A DNA stretch of 64,000 nucleotides, from the NCBI GenBank assembly GCA_013265495.1, contig MU058000.1, positions 1,364,001 to 1,428,000 on the forward strand. Reading direction: 5' to 3'. A program made the translations under genes and the position numbers. Position 1 is the stretch's first letter. Each line of letters opens with the position of its first letter. Shown piece after piece: positions 11,248 to 25,060 of the stretch. The DNA comes from Vicugna vicugna. Taxonomy: Eukaryota. The notes beneath the pieces were generated by a model that worked only from the letters and a program-made list of their open reading frames with translations, had not been told where the DNA came from and searched no databases.

Positions 11248-14200
11248 GGAGAAGCCATGTGAGTTACAGAAGTAAAATGGAGGAGTAAATGGAGAGAGGA
11301 ATTCTGCAGTGACATTTTTAGAAAGGTGTTTTTTTTTTGTACATGCAGTGATGGGGACAGGGCTGCTGAGAGAAGTTATTTGAGATAGGTCATTAATAAT
11401 TTAACACCGTAATAAGAATGTGTTGGGAGAAGGCTTAACAGAATTTAATCTGATATGTTATATTCATTCATATTTTTACTATTATGTCTTTTCCTTTTTG
11501 AATCTTGGCTGAACTATCCTTTAGTTCAACAAAAACGTCGCCACTTTGGAAATCTTCATGAACTCAACTCACATTCATTTACTAGTGAAAAATAATGATG
11601 CGTTTAAGGCATGATGTGCTTTTAGGCTGAACACTAGAGTTGTGCCTTTGGGGAATATTTTATTTTTAATATAATGTTCACTTTCTCAGAGTATAGTATC
11701 TTTAAGGCTCATCCTCACTTGATTAAAGACTGAGAGCTGGGGACTTGTGCTAATGTATGTAGATGATAGAGTTTTCTGTAAGTTGTTCTGTCTACTTTTA
11801 TAATTTTGAGGGCTGCTACAACCTTTTTACCTTGATCCTTTTGACAGGTTGGCTAATTTAGCATGAAACAGTAGCAAGCAATATAAAGCTAACTTCTTGC
11901 ACAGCTGAGGAAGACATGGACATGCTGGATGAAACTAAACAAACATGCCTCTTTGACCTTCTCCTTCAACTAGTGCTCCAGTCCAGTGAGCTCATTATAG
12001 GGAAATCTGTTAGCATCCTTCACATGTTGGCAGATGATAGGTACTGTGCACATGCTGTCAGCCCATCAGGGGATCAGGAGAAACCCAGCTCGTGCATGAC
12101 CCATCACTGTTAAATAGCACATTCCTGCAGTTAGTTGCGTTACACAAAACTGCTTGATGCACATTAAAGAGAACCTTTTGAACCCCACACTCATTGTTTT
12201 TTTCCCCTCTTTCATTCCATTTTCTGATTTCTATGGTGAGATTGCCTTAAAGTCCTATCATATGTGCTCATACTCTGGGTGGCTAATGAATATGGATGTT
12301 GTTTATGCTAATTTTTGCAGCCATATGAGGCTAGATTTGGAAGCAATGCCAGCTTTTAGCCTTAAAGAGGTTTCAGTAAATAATGCCACTTATATCCTGT
12401 TGAATTCAAAGGGGACATTAGAATCCAGAGAAATGAGTCGTGTTGCACCCTTTCTTCCTCTGTTTTCCTAAAAGGAAAAGAAAATGAAAGTTAAGATAGG
12501 ATTCCCTTTTCTCTTTTTGGAGACTTAAAGATGTGGTAAAAATTTAAAACCATGTTTGCAGGCTGAAACAACTACCTTTATAGTTTACACAGTGCTTTTG
12601 AATTTTTAGTCAAACATTGGTTCTTTCTGCCAAACCCTCCTGATGCTGGCATTATCCTAGTGTACAAAGAATGATGTGCACTTTACAGTAAACTCCAATT
12701 TGTACTCCATACAATTGCATGGAGTCTGAAATTATGCAAGGATATGGTGTTCCAAATAAAGGTTCAGTGACAAGGTGGAAAGACCACTGGGGTATAATCC
12801 TGATGCCACAGATAATTTACTCCTTGACCTTGGACCATTTTCTTCACCTCACTTCAAGAGATGAAGTTATAATATATGATTTTTCAGTTTTAATATTCTG
12901 ATTCTGATGTTGTAATCAGCCATCTAAAGGTGGAACTAACCTCGGTTATTAGCAATTGAACATGGTTAGTGGTGAAAGTTATTGATGAATCTCGTAATAT
13001 TGTTCAAGTTGGATTTCAGCCACTTTGTGGAGAAATGTTTCAGATCGATCTGTTGTATGTACCTGGACTGGAAGCATGTCAGTCTGGATTTGTGAAAGGT
13101 CTGTTATAGGAGATATTTAAAAGAAATGCAGTGTTATTACTGCTGTTTTTCTCACAGAAATATAAACTAGGTTTAAAAATATTGCCAGAGTATTTCACCA
13201 AATAGATTATTACAGATCTACTCTTCATTTTGGTATATCCAGGTTATATGTAACGTATATATTAATATTTTATATGAAAATTAATGAACCTCAATTGCTT
13301 GTGATTTTCTATGTTTTTCTTCAGCATCGTTTTCTGTACTTTAATCATCAGAATAATCATGACCCAGATGTTCATTCATAACAACAGTCTTTTCCACTAA
13401 GGCATGGTCTGGATGCCTGTGCCTAATACTTTGTAATTCTACTCTTCTCTTGAACCCATGCACTTGACTGACAAGCCAAGAGTTATAAGCCATCTAGGAG
13501 GTCACTATGGAGATGAAAGGGTTGTTGCATAGTTTCTTGAGTAGGATAAAGAAGGATGGGAATGTATTGCTCTCTATATGAAATATCAGTGAGTCAGGTG
13601 TGAGGTTGAACAGTGTCTTGTTTGTAGTTCATTGAATTGGGCTTCATAATTATCCAATCATTGATACTTTATTTAAGAACATCTAAAATTAAAATTTAGT
13701 GGGGCTGTAAATATTACTTTATAAGATGAAAAGCAGTATTAACCAAGTTTGAAGTTAAGTAGAACTAGTTGCCCAAAATGAGGTGCTAATTTGGCTTTTA
13801 CGAGAGTCTCATGTAACTGAGAAGCGATTGAAGAGTGTCTCAATTAGGAGTTGAGGCATGTCAACATAATTTGATGAAATTTGAACAAGAAAACATCATT
13901 CAAGGTCAAGAGGTCTTTCATTATAGAGGATAAAGTGAATTGATTCCATACAGAAGACATTAAACTAGGTAAACCATCAAAATGGAAAAATGGAAAAAAG
14001 AAGGAAAGCACAAATACAGTTACTCAAGCTAGACTAGAGGTTAGGTGTCCATCAGACCCATGTGGCATATGACTGAATTCTAGACCATGGTATGTAAATG
14101 ACATGCAGACTTGGTTATAATCCTCCACATGAACTTGGTTAACAGACTTGGTTTACAGTCTTCCATATGAATTCCTCCTTTCTTATTCTCATTATGGCTT

Positions 14201-14450
14201 ATTGGAATAGAGATAATTTATAGGAAAATATTGGAAGATATATGTTGAAAATGGCAAAGATTCCATCAGCCTGTATCTTTGGATAATGGCATTAAAGAAG
14301 GCTTTCCTCACAACCTGTTCACTTGTCCCATATTTTTACATGACCAATAAATAATCCCCCATTGACCAATAACAAATCTCCCAGTATTTGTTAAAGATGT
14401 TAGCTCTACCCTAAGGAATACAAAGTCTAAAAATAATATAAAATCTATAG

Positions 14451-14605
14451 CAGTGACTCATTAACTTTTTACAGGGTCAAGAATCTTTCTGAGAATCTTT
14501 TGAAAGTTCTGAACATCTTTTTCCTTAGAAAATGTTTATATTTGTAGCATTTTGCAAATAATTTCCTGAACCTTATGAAGTACATGCCTGGATGTTAAAG
14601 ATGTC
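14451..14605. mobile_element. hAT-Charlie-type MITE, decayed
   Basis: 'cagtgactcattaactttttacagggtcaagaatctttctgagaatcttttgaaag...ttttgcaaataatttc'. Confidence 0.45.
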
Positions 14606-15579
14606 CAGTCTAAAAAGTCTTAAAATTCAGGCATGGCATGAATGATCACTAGGGATTACAGGAAAAGGCCGATTGGCATGGGATATTTCAGACTAGGTGT
14701 TGTAGATTTTTATCATTGAAAGATGTTGGTCTGGGGTACCCAAATTCCAAGAAATTGGGTTATCAGGCAGGATACTTAGCCACTGGTGGTTGAGTTGGGA
14801 GAGCTGCAGAATGAATGCCCATCTTCTGGAGTTCTAGAAGAAAAGATCTGTGATCTATTATCCTCACTGGATAATCTATAATATATTACCCAGTATAGAT
14901 TACAGATTATGAATAGGGATTTTTTTTTGTTAATTAGGCCTTTCAGTTGGAAGGGGGAAATACTCATGAAAGTGAACTAAAGTCCTGAAGGTTGATAGTA
15001 AGGGTACAGATGGCGTTATTGGAGATTGGAATCTCAGAAATGACATCAGGCTTTGTGATGTCATGTATTCGAAATTGGTTCTGAATTCAAGGTGGTTGAG
15101 AGGCAGTTTATAGTGTCTCTTTTTCAGAAATAAAAAAACTTTTTGTCTCTGTTAAGCTGTGATCCATCATTATGTCACTCCCTTATTCTCCGTTTGCCTG
15201 TTTGGCTCAGTTTCAATCTAATTCTCTTCCTTCTACTAATATAATACTTCTGTCTATAGTACAGCAAAAGAGAATTTGGTTCATCTAGTTATTTACAGTC
15301 ATACACTCTGAATATTTTTCATACTAAACCATCACACAGGTTATTGTGCTGTTTAAATACTGATTGTACTTGAGTTTGGTACCTACTGTAGTGATACAAA
15401 TATCTGAAGCTTTGGAGAGGAGGAAATAACACCTTATAAAACAGGAGTTGTCCTCCAGGACTTCAAGAAGAACTGACAGAGACTTGTCAGTAGAAACTAT
15501 GAATGGGAAACCACCTAAAGAGTAAAAGAAAATGTGATTGTGGCTGATATTACAATTCTGTATTACAGTTATGAATATT

Positions 15580-15770
15580 TTGGTAAACCTGCTCTCTTGG
15601 ACAAAAGAAAAAAGAGTTCTGATTTGTAGTGCTTGCCAATTTCCAGTGTGTAAATACTCTCACCTTACACAATTTCAGCTACCTGTGGTTTTAAAACTGG
15701 CTTAAAAATCCTAAATTTTTACCAACTGGCTCTCGTGAGCCAGAAGTTTCCAGTGTCAACTCATCACCAA
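15580..15770. mobile_element. MER63-like hAT element
   Basis: 'ctgatttgtagtgcttgccaatttccagtgtgtaaatactctcacc...tttcagctacc...aactggctctcgtgagccag'. Confidence 0.65.
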
Positions 15771-17575
15771 TAAGAGAACCTTTGCTAAACTAGTAACCTG
15801 GTTTAAAAAAAAAAGAGTGTGAGAGAAAAGTAAACATCATTCATGCGAAGATTGGAATTAGTCAAACTTGGAAGAATCCTAAAATGCCACGTGATCATGG
15901 ATGAGACTGTCGCACCTAGAAGTCTTTCAAAAGTAATTAAACTGAATTTTAGTTCTTGGCTTTGATATATTTGAAGGGCAGAGGAGTAGAACCAAAGTAG
16001 TAGTCACCTGGATAGTCATTTTTATTATTCTGTTTAGCTCACATTAAAACACATAGCTCTAACAGTTTTGAATGATTAAACAGGTCTAAATATTAAAAAA
16101 GGTCTTAAATAGCTGAATGTATTTGTTTAAGAAGCAGATGCTACCATTACATATGGCACTGACATAAATATCAGCTCTTCGTCCTTGGAGGACTGCAATG
16201 TCTGCAGCAAGATCCCTGCTACCTTTCCACCAACACCAAGTGTTGTACCATGAAAGATGTTTGAAGGAGCTGTGATTAGACTTGACAGGAGATTAATATA
16301 TTGAAGACCTAACACTGATCTGATTTTATATTTGCATTGAGGATATATGCTTATAGTTGATTTCCCTAACTGAGTCTGACACCTTTATTGGAATATTTGC
16401 AAAATAGAAAGGAAGAGCTTAACATGAAATATGACAACATGCTTCAGACCAGATGCAGTCTTTCCGCATTGATATGATATGGCACCTGAAGATCTGGTAA
16501 CTGCTAGACTCAATACGACCATTATCTGAATGGGAAACCATTGCACTCTTGAGATGAGCCAGTCTGACCTCATGCACTTGGCATATGCACTGCCATCCTC
16601 TCTTTATTCGTGACAGATTAGGAGCCATTTGGCATACCAAGAAACTGCTTAATATCTCAACCACCCATTATCATTAACTAGCAAAAATGAATGGAGGGGA
16701 ACCATTGCTGTGAGATGAGAGTAGTACCACAGAGATTTTGATGACTGAAGGAAGAAATGATAGAGGCTGGTGTAAACAAGTGCAAACATGACATCCCACT
16801 TCTTTGTGAGTATATTATAAACACAAAGGATAATCCTGTGGATAGGATGACTGCAGAGTATCATCATTAGTTGAGGGGAATGAATGTAAGCCGGTGAGAG
16901 TAGATTTTTTTCCCCCAGGGAAGCCTTGCTTGGAGATGAGAGCAGAGTTCCAATAGCCGTAGTTCCTTTGGTAATTCATATCCTAAGTAATACTAAATTA
17001 TCCCTCAGGTTTATTTCTAGAAGTTCCTATATCCTGACAGTTACCTTCCATAGGACCATATCTTTCGTTGAGTCACTGCCTCATGACCAGCAATTTTAGT
17101 CCCTCTAAAAACACACAAGAAAAGTCTAACCTCTGTAAAAGTCTGAACCCTTCTTCAAAGTATAGTCTGGGGCCAAAGATTATCATACTATACACATCCA
17201 AATCATCACGAATACCTAAAAATGTAGGTTCCTCTTAGAATCCACTCATCGATGGAGGCAGAGAATCCGTATTTTTAACAAGCAAGCCATGGTTCTTAAG
17301 AATCCAGCTGTATTTCTAAAAACAATCTAGACATTAATTCTCAGACTTGAGACATTGTTACCTGCACAAAGTCTTCTTTAGATCTCTTTCCAATATGCTC
17401 ACCTTCATCACTGTTAGATCTATACATGAGCATCCTTTCTAGTCATAACTATAAGCTAGTCACTAAGGAGGAAGAAAAAAGTCCTAGAATGCCTGTGTAG
17501 AAACCCAGGAACAGAAAAAATCAACAACAGAAAATACCAATAAAGGAAATCATGAAATTGCCTAAAGAGATCTAA

Positions 17576-17576
<1 letters not shown>

Positions 17577-17615
<39 letters not shown>

Positions 17616-17652
17616 CACACACATTTGTATGCACATATGTGTGTATGTGTGT
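17577..17652. repeat. (TG)n microsatellite with degenerate extension
   Basis: Pure TG run about 17580-17610 followed by tg/ca-rich decay. Confidence 0.95.
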
Positions 17653-18559
17653 TATGATATTATGTAAATGGATGGGTCTAATCTTATAAATGGACAGACT
17701 TGATAGTTACATTCTTCAATATTTCTAGATATCAATTACATAATGATTTTACAGAAGAGAGTTTGAAGGTGTATGTGGAATCTGGGAAAGTGAGAACAAG
17801 GCTTGAAATGGGTGCTGGAGAAAGGAACGGTGTTCTGAAGTTTCATTGTTAATAAATTTTTAACTATTAAAGGTTATTTTTATGTATTTCAGTATTAGTA
17901 TTTTTAAAAAAGGGCCTTTAAAAGCATTTCTAAAGAATAAACTTGATCTGAATTTCCCACCATGTTTACTCCCATGTCCCAAACACTCATGTTACGATTT
18001 TTTTTTTGCTTCATAATATTTTTATTTAATGCTTCAAAAGATCTTATAGATTCAATATAAGAGCATTCATGGATATTTATAAGTAGAAGGGCACTTTATT
18101 TTCTCATGGTATGAGTTTTAATTGCATGCACAAACTCACTAGAACTGCCTTGGTGATTTCATTTGTGGGAAAAGAAAGCATCCTCTGAAGCAAGACTCAA
18201 GCCCCCTGCATTTGCATTTTTCCTTGGACCTCAGATAGGGTGACAGTCTTTTTTTTAACCAAATGGAATATGGAGAACTTTTGTGTATCTAATGTTTCAT
18301 ATTCATAGGTTACAAAACTATTACTGGGACTGGAGTCTGGGCATCTGGTTGTATGCAAGGGAAGTGGAGCAGTTATTATGGGTCCAACAGCATGGAACGT
18401 ACTGCTTTGGCTTAAGTGTTTATTACCCAGAATATAAAGGATGTTGGCAAAGGTACTACTGGAAGGAACAAAAGCAATTTTTAGATACTCTCAGTACCTT
18501 CTTTTTCTGTCCATGTAGATTTTTGATATTATTTCAGGTCATCAGGGGAAGGTAAGAGT

Positions 18560-18740
18560 CCACAGTAGAAAGAATAATTTAGGATAAGGCAGACCTGAGC
18601 AAAAATTCTTGTTTCTCTTTACATGATATGTGAAATTTGGCCAATTATTAAACCATTCTTTTTCTCTGATTCCTCAGATATAAAATAATAATAAGCACAA
18701 TTATATAGAAGACTGAAAGTGAAATGAGTTGAAGTATGCA
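18560..18740 (+). mobile_element. MIR SINE
   Basis: 'aggcagacctgagcaaaaattcttg...tgtgaaatttggccaattattaaacc...ttcctcagatataaaataata...gtgaaatgag'. Confidence 0.6.
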
Positions 18741-18782
18741 CCAGGGGAGAAAGTCATTCATAGAAGAGTATCTTTTGATACG

Positions 18783-19360
18783 ATAGATTACATGGATTGA
18801 CTTTTAATTTGAAACAGACTTGCATCTCTGGGATAAACCTTTTGGACCATAATGCATTATTCTTTTTATATATTGCTGGATTTAATTTGCTAATATTTTG
18901 TTAAGGATTTTTACATCTATGTTTATGAAAGATATCAATCAGTCTGTAGTTTTCATATGATGTCTCTGTCTGTCTTGATTATCAGTGTAATATTGGCCTT
19001 ATAACATAAATTCACAAATATTTCTCCTTTGTTTTGTCGAATTTTGGTCAGAAGTTGCATAGTTTCTTCCTTGAATGATGGAATTCACCAGTGAAGGTAT
19101 CTAGACCTTTTTTCAGGAGAAGACTTTAAATAAGCAATTTTACTTATTTAATTGAAATAGTAATGGTCAAATTTTCTATTTTCCTTTAGTTAATATTTGT
19201 AATTTTTTGTCTTTAAAGGAACTTGTTATTTTCATATGAAGTGAAAGTTTTTTGGGCATGAAGTGTTTATAATTTTCCCTTATCTTAATATCTGTATTCT
19301 CTGTGTTGATGACATCCTTTTCATTCCTAATACTGGTAATGTGTATTTCATTTATTTCTT
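18783..19360 (-). mobile_element. Old L1 (L1M4/MC-type) ORF2 fragment
   Basis: 'cttgcatctctgggataaacc...attgctggatttaatttgctaatattttgttaaggatttttacatctatgttt...ggaattcaccagtgaag'. Confidence 0.8.
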
Positions 19361-19449
19361 CTTCTTCTAGATAAAAATTCAGCTAAATATTTATTATAGC
19401 CAAAGATTTCTCAGTTTTAGTGATCTTCTGAAAGATTTAGCTTCTATTT

Positions 19450-20620
19450 TAATGACCATTCTTTTTTCTTTAATCCTCCCTCTTCTGTACTTCAAATTGG
19501 GTAATTTCTTTTGGCGTATCTTCAAGTTCACAAATAATTTTTTTTCTGTCATCTCATGCTGCTGTTGAATTCATCCAGTGAATTTTTTTTTTTTTTACCT
19601 TTAGTCACTGTGTCTTTCAACTTTAGAATTCCTACTTGGTTCTTTTTTATTCCTTTAATTTATCTTGAGATCCCTATTTGCTCATTTATTATTAACACAT
19701 TTTCTTTATTTCCTTGGACATATTTTTCTTTAACTTTTAGAATATATTTATAGTAATTGCTTAGAGGTCATTGTCTATTTTATCAAACGTATGGATGTCT
19801 TTTTCTGATTATGAATTACATTTATCAATTTATTTGCACATCTAGTAATTTTTGGTTGAGAGCTAGACACTAGATAATACATTGTAGTAGCTGAATTCTA
19901 TTTTGTTCTTCTGAGAGTTGCTGTTTTTATTTGTTTGTTTTGGTAGTCTGTTAACTCTCCTGGCCCCCAGATATGAAATCCTTCACCCTGTGGTATGTAT
20001 CCGCTGATGTGTCTGCTCAGTTTTCTTTAGGCTTTTTCCTTAGGGATCTACTTTGTGCCTGTGTAGTTCAGCAGTCACCCAGTGATTTAGGCATAGGTTG
20101 CTCTCAGACACCAAAAGCCAATAAGTCTTTCATCCTCTGCCTCCCTGAGCTGTGGACTGAGGAATACGTTGGAGATGCAGCTAATTTTCATGTTTCTCCA
20201 AGGCTTTAATTTTCAGTGGGCTCTCTGGTTGTCCTTCTTGCACACATAGTTTAGAAATCATCCAGGGATATGTACAGAGCTTATCTCAGCTCTTCTATAA
20301 TTATCTTGTTTCCAAACTCCTATTTAGTTTCTGGTTGCTGTGCTTTGGCCTCGAACCAAGTTTCTGCCTCTGACAAGTGAGGCTGTAATTTTCATTCTCA
20401 GAGTTGGAGATGGGAATAATTGAGAGTGGAAAGATCACAAGTTTACCTTTGTTAACCAATGAAACAACAGTTTTCCATGAATAAACACCTCTCAATTTGT
20501 TGCCTGCCTTTGCTCATGTTCAGTTCTTGAAGTGATTATTTTGAACAATTTCAATCCATTTCATACGTGTTTTCTGTTCAAGGGAATGACATGACTCCTT
20601 CATGAGTTCATTGCTGAAAG
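19450..20620 (-). mobile_element. Old L1 ORF1/5' region fragment
   Basis: 'tatcttcaagttcac...ttttctgtcatctcatgctgctgttgaattcatccagtgaattttt...tttagaattcctacttggttcttttt' is typical antisense L1M ORF1. Confidence 0.7.
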
Positions 20621-21721
20621 TAGAGTTCTGATTCTTACTATTTAATTTTATACCATTTAAAAAGTAACTAGTTAGATGCCAGGCATCTGGCAGGGACTTA
20701 ATTAATATTAACTCCTTTAATCTTAATATGAAGTACTGAATATGGCTATATGGTTAAAAAGAAAGAGACAACTTTCAGATGAGAAACAGAAGTATAATGC
20801 TGCCAGTTTGGATATAAGTAATAGCAAACTGCCATCAAAAAATCCTTGGATTTTTGAATAAGGACACTGAAACCAGTTGATTAAATCTTCAAAATGATTG
20901 CCATACAGGGTGTTGACCAAAGTTATTTGATGAGACATCACTGACAAAAATTCTAGTGAAATTTCGTATTATTTAATAATCCTGTTCTTTGATCAACTCA
21001 ACATAATTTATGAAATGGCACTTAACCTCTTTTGAATAGTCTGTCCTATTCCTGAGAAGAAAGTTGTGCTTATTAATTTAAAGGCATTGTCACTAGTCTA
21101 AGCAAGGTTTAAGAAGACTTTGTTTCTGAGGGTGCTGGGTCTCTGAAACATTTTCTATTTAGTATTACAAAATACTTATTATTCAGTAAGACACCAAGCA
21201 AATTAAAATTGAAGGGTCCTCAGGTATAAATTAGCTATATAAAGGACCTTAAGATGCTTAAGACAGAAATGTCAGCCAAAGAAATATGTGAATTAACAAA
21301 AGTCATTAAAGATGAAAAAAGAAGAAGATGAAGAAGAATAAGAAAAAGACAATGGCTCATATTGGTCACTAATAGAAACTCTACTTAAAAAATTTAGGAA
21401 CTTGCACAGTTTAAAAGAATCTTTCTTCAAAATCATCCACTCGTAATATCTTTTTTAGTAGTAGAGAGAAAACTAATCTACAAGATGACCTATATAATGG
21501 TTAAAGTTCAGAATAATGCAACTACTGGCTAAAAAGTCATGTAGAGTGATCAAACCTTACAACTTTACCATTTATTTTCCAACTGGACGTTACTTACATT
21601 ACTGTTGATATAGAACTATTAACCATTAAAAAATTATTTCTATATTCTTGTTCATATCAATGACTAATTCAATTTATTAGAAATACCTGCCTTAAATAGA
21701 TTTTGAAATGAAGCAGAAAGT

Positions 21722-21830
21722 GCTTGAAAAGAGAGAAAGAGAGAGAGGGGGGGAGAGAGAAGAAAATGAGAGAGAAACAGAGAATGACCAATGGGAAAAG
21801 AGAGAGACAGAGTGATGAGAATATGAAAAT
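21722..21830. repeat. GA-rich low-complexity tract
   Basis: Imperfect (GA)n purine run. Confidence 0.7.
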
Positions 21831-23901
21831 AGTATTTAAAAATTTTTTAACCTGGCAAAAGCTGTAATATAATAAAAAATTCAATGTAAAATAAGAAAAA
21901 AAACCTCTTAAGAAAAGTCTATTAAAAATTATACCTTTCAAATTGTATTATTTATTCTGCAACACTTTATTTTTATATTAACTCAGATAGGGTAAGTTGA
22001 AGTGCAGAATGTATTAGGAAAAAATATAATGACTATTTGTCTCATTTATCTGACAGTAATGTTATAATTTAAAAATATCCCTATCACTTTCTAGTTCTAA
22101 TTAGTTCATTTCTGAGCTTGCTTTCTTGGTGGTGTTCCTACCATAACTTTTTTTAGCACAATTTTACGCATTTGCTGTCTGTCCTTATAATGGTCTTTAA
22201 TGAATGCTTCCTAGGTGACAAAGTTATTGATGAAAAACTTATAGTTCTGTGAAATTTGGGTCTTTTAGTTTTTCATCTTTTCTTGTTTTCCCAATGCCAA
22301 AGCCAATATTTCTTCTAATAGTATAAATATGTTGATTCAAATGTTCCTAAGGCTGGAAATTTGAGAAAGACAGTTCTATCTACATGCATTAATTAATCAA
22401 AATAAAATCATTTTGGCTAAACTTTTTGTTTGTTCTGCTCAAGAAACAAAAATTGTGAAAGCAAAATAAATGGATTTACATTGTGTCATTTAGCATATTT
22501 GTTAAGAGCTTAGTGTTTGAGAAAAATCATAAAAGCAGTTTTAGCAAAACAGAGATCTCTACCAAGACATCAGGCATGAAGATTTGTTTCGAATGTGAAT
22601 GTGCTTTTCTTACAAGTAGTATATAACTGAGCCCAAGTAACAAAGGTTTAAGAAAATATTTAAGATTTTTCATTTCTGCTTTTTTTTTCTGAAATTTTCT
22701 GCAGAGAAACCAGGATTTAGAAACAGGAAAATAAGACAGAACCTTTCTCTTCAAGATTTCAAATAGTATTTGAGTGTCTTTCTTTTTCTTTCTTTTTGTA
22801 CATTGAATGATTCCTTGTTCCTTTCTGAATCTGGCACTTGAGTTATACCATTAGGAGTCAGAAGATGGGCTAAAGGTGTAAGGCTAAAGGAGAAAATAAG
22901 TAGATGAGCTATAAATGTTCTTTAGAAGCCAGATCACTCCGGGGGCTCCTATACTGATCTAAAAAACATTTAATTTTCTTCCTATAGACACATTAGGGAA
23001 CATCTTCAAATCTAATATCATATCTATGTCAAAAATGTGCCATTAGTGGAGAAAAGATACTTTAATTAAATGCCTTATTACTTATGTATTTACTTTTCTC
23101 TTCCTTCACCATTTTCTAAGTGGAATTAAAATTACACTACCTAATGTGGGGAAATTTATGTGGCTTTAAAATATTTTAAATGCACCACAAGGGTTTAAAC
23201 ATTTCTGGGTATCCACCTGGTCATTAACATGTAAATCACTGTCTTAATTAGAATACAATCTAATGAAACATTTTTCAATGCACGTTTTAAAGTTTTTTTT
23301 TATTTTGTACTTGGTGGGGAGGATAATTAAAATTACCCGTTAGATTTGTGTTTTAGTTTCTGGTTGCCTGGAAAAGACCTTTTAAAAGCTGCCACATTCC
23401 CCCACCCCACACTTTTACACACATCCCCTTTCTCTCAATCTTCTAAAAGCTAAAGAAGAGAAACAGAATTGAGAGATAAGATCAAATGTTCTCAGTGCTT
23501 AATCTATAAAAACTAACAAGAACTATTGATGCCTTTGTCTATGGTCTCTAAAAATGGATTGAAGAGAGCAATGGTTTACTGCTTGATGGGCAGAATCATG
23601 ACCAGACACAAAAGGGAGGTTTCTTTTTGCAAATTCTCCAGTTTAGAACCTAGCTGTCAACTCTCACTCATTCTAAAACTGCTTTTAATTCCTAGCTTGG
23701 AAGCAAATTCAGCCCAGGGAACTTCCCCTGCAGTCTTGCTCCTTAGACCTACAACTTCATAGCTCTTTACCAGCAACATTGAGGTAACTTTCCTGAGTTG
23801 GTTTTGGTACATTTCTATCCAAACTCACTCTGACGTGGCCATTATCACCCAGTGACAAAAGGCCTTCAAACTACAGAATGCCTTGATTTCTTCCTCCTGT
23901 C

Positions 23902-24130
23902 TAATAGTGGTTAATAACAATTGAGCACGCACTTGTGCCAGACGCTGAGCTAAGAACTATACACGTTTTGCTTCATTTAATCCTCGTCATAGTCCCACAA
24001 GGTGGCCACTTTTACTACTGATGAGGAAAAGGAGGCCTGGGATGCTTGTTCAAAAGTTACCCAAGTGCTATGTGTCAGAGTCAAGATTCAAATTTAGAGT
24101 GGTCTGAATCCCAAACCAATGCTTTAACTG
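23902..24130 (-). mobile_element. MIR SINE
   Basis: 'ttgagcacgcacttgtgccagac...tcatttaatcctc...gatgaggaaaaggaggc...gattcaaatttagagtggtctga'. Confidence 0.8.
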
Positions 24131-24689
24131 CCCTTCCCTGCTGTCTCCATCATGGTCATAGTATCAGGAAATGACCTCCTCCATCTGTATGAAAATGAAA
24201 ACAATTTAATGTATTCTACATAGCTTTTCTGAACTTCTTATCCCAGTTATAGGTTCTCTAGCATACAGACACATCTAATCCATTCCATCACCACATTTCT
24301 CTGTCATTTGGTGAATCATCTACTTTCTCTTCCTTACAACTTCCTTCACTTCAAAGCCCCAACTTTTTGTTCAGAAACTCTGCAAAATAGTTAACTCCAA
24401 ATTTGCCCCCCTCTGCAGATCATCCATTTTCTCAAGGATGCCTAGTCTGACATTGCCTTTCTTTGCTTCTTTTCCTTAGGCTATTTTATACCTGGAGACT
24501 AAAGATCACAGTTATGACCTGTTCCTTGATCTTCCTCTGTAGGGTTTCTGTTTCAACCTGAGTAGGGTTATTGGTAAAAGAAAAATGGACAGTTACTTAA
24601 AGATATTTAAGGCAACTGATGAAAAGAAAGGGAGATACTTGAAATATTATAGTACCAAATATAATGGATAATTATCCACCACAGATATT

Positions 24690-24870
24690 AATGCCAAAGA
24701 GATTATAAAAGATCATGTAATCTTAGCACCTTATTTTATAGATGATGAATCTGAAGTCCAGAGAGGGTAACTAACTTGTCTAAGATTTGCGGGCTAGTTA
24801 CTGCTAGTTGGTGGCAAATCTGAGGTTAGCCTCCTTATTCAAATATCTTTTTGATTATCACACACTGCTT
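24690..24870 (-). mobile_element. MIR/MIR3 SINE
   Basis: 'cttattttatagatgatgaatctgaagtccagagagggtaactaacttgtctaag'. Confidence 0.7.
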
Positions 24871-24914
24871 TCTTATCTTATTTCCAGTGATTTGATAACA
24901 TTTATTTGTCTGTC

Positions 24915-25060
24915 TAACCATCCACCCATCCAAACTGTAACTAAAATTCAGGGCATGTTTATCAAAGACATGCTGTGTGCAAGGTAATGCATTGGGAGCT
25001 TGTAAGAGACAGATGAAAGTATAACATAGTGTTTATTCTTAAAATCCTTGCAACTATATA
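24915..25060 (-). mobile_element. L2 3' end fragment
   Basis: 'catgtttatcaaagacatgctgtgtgcaaggtaatgcattgggagc...agatgaa'. Confidence 0.5.
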
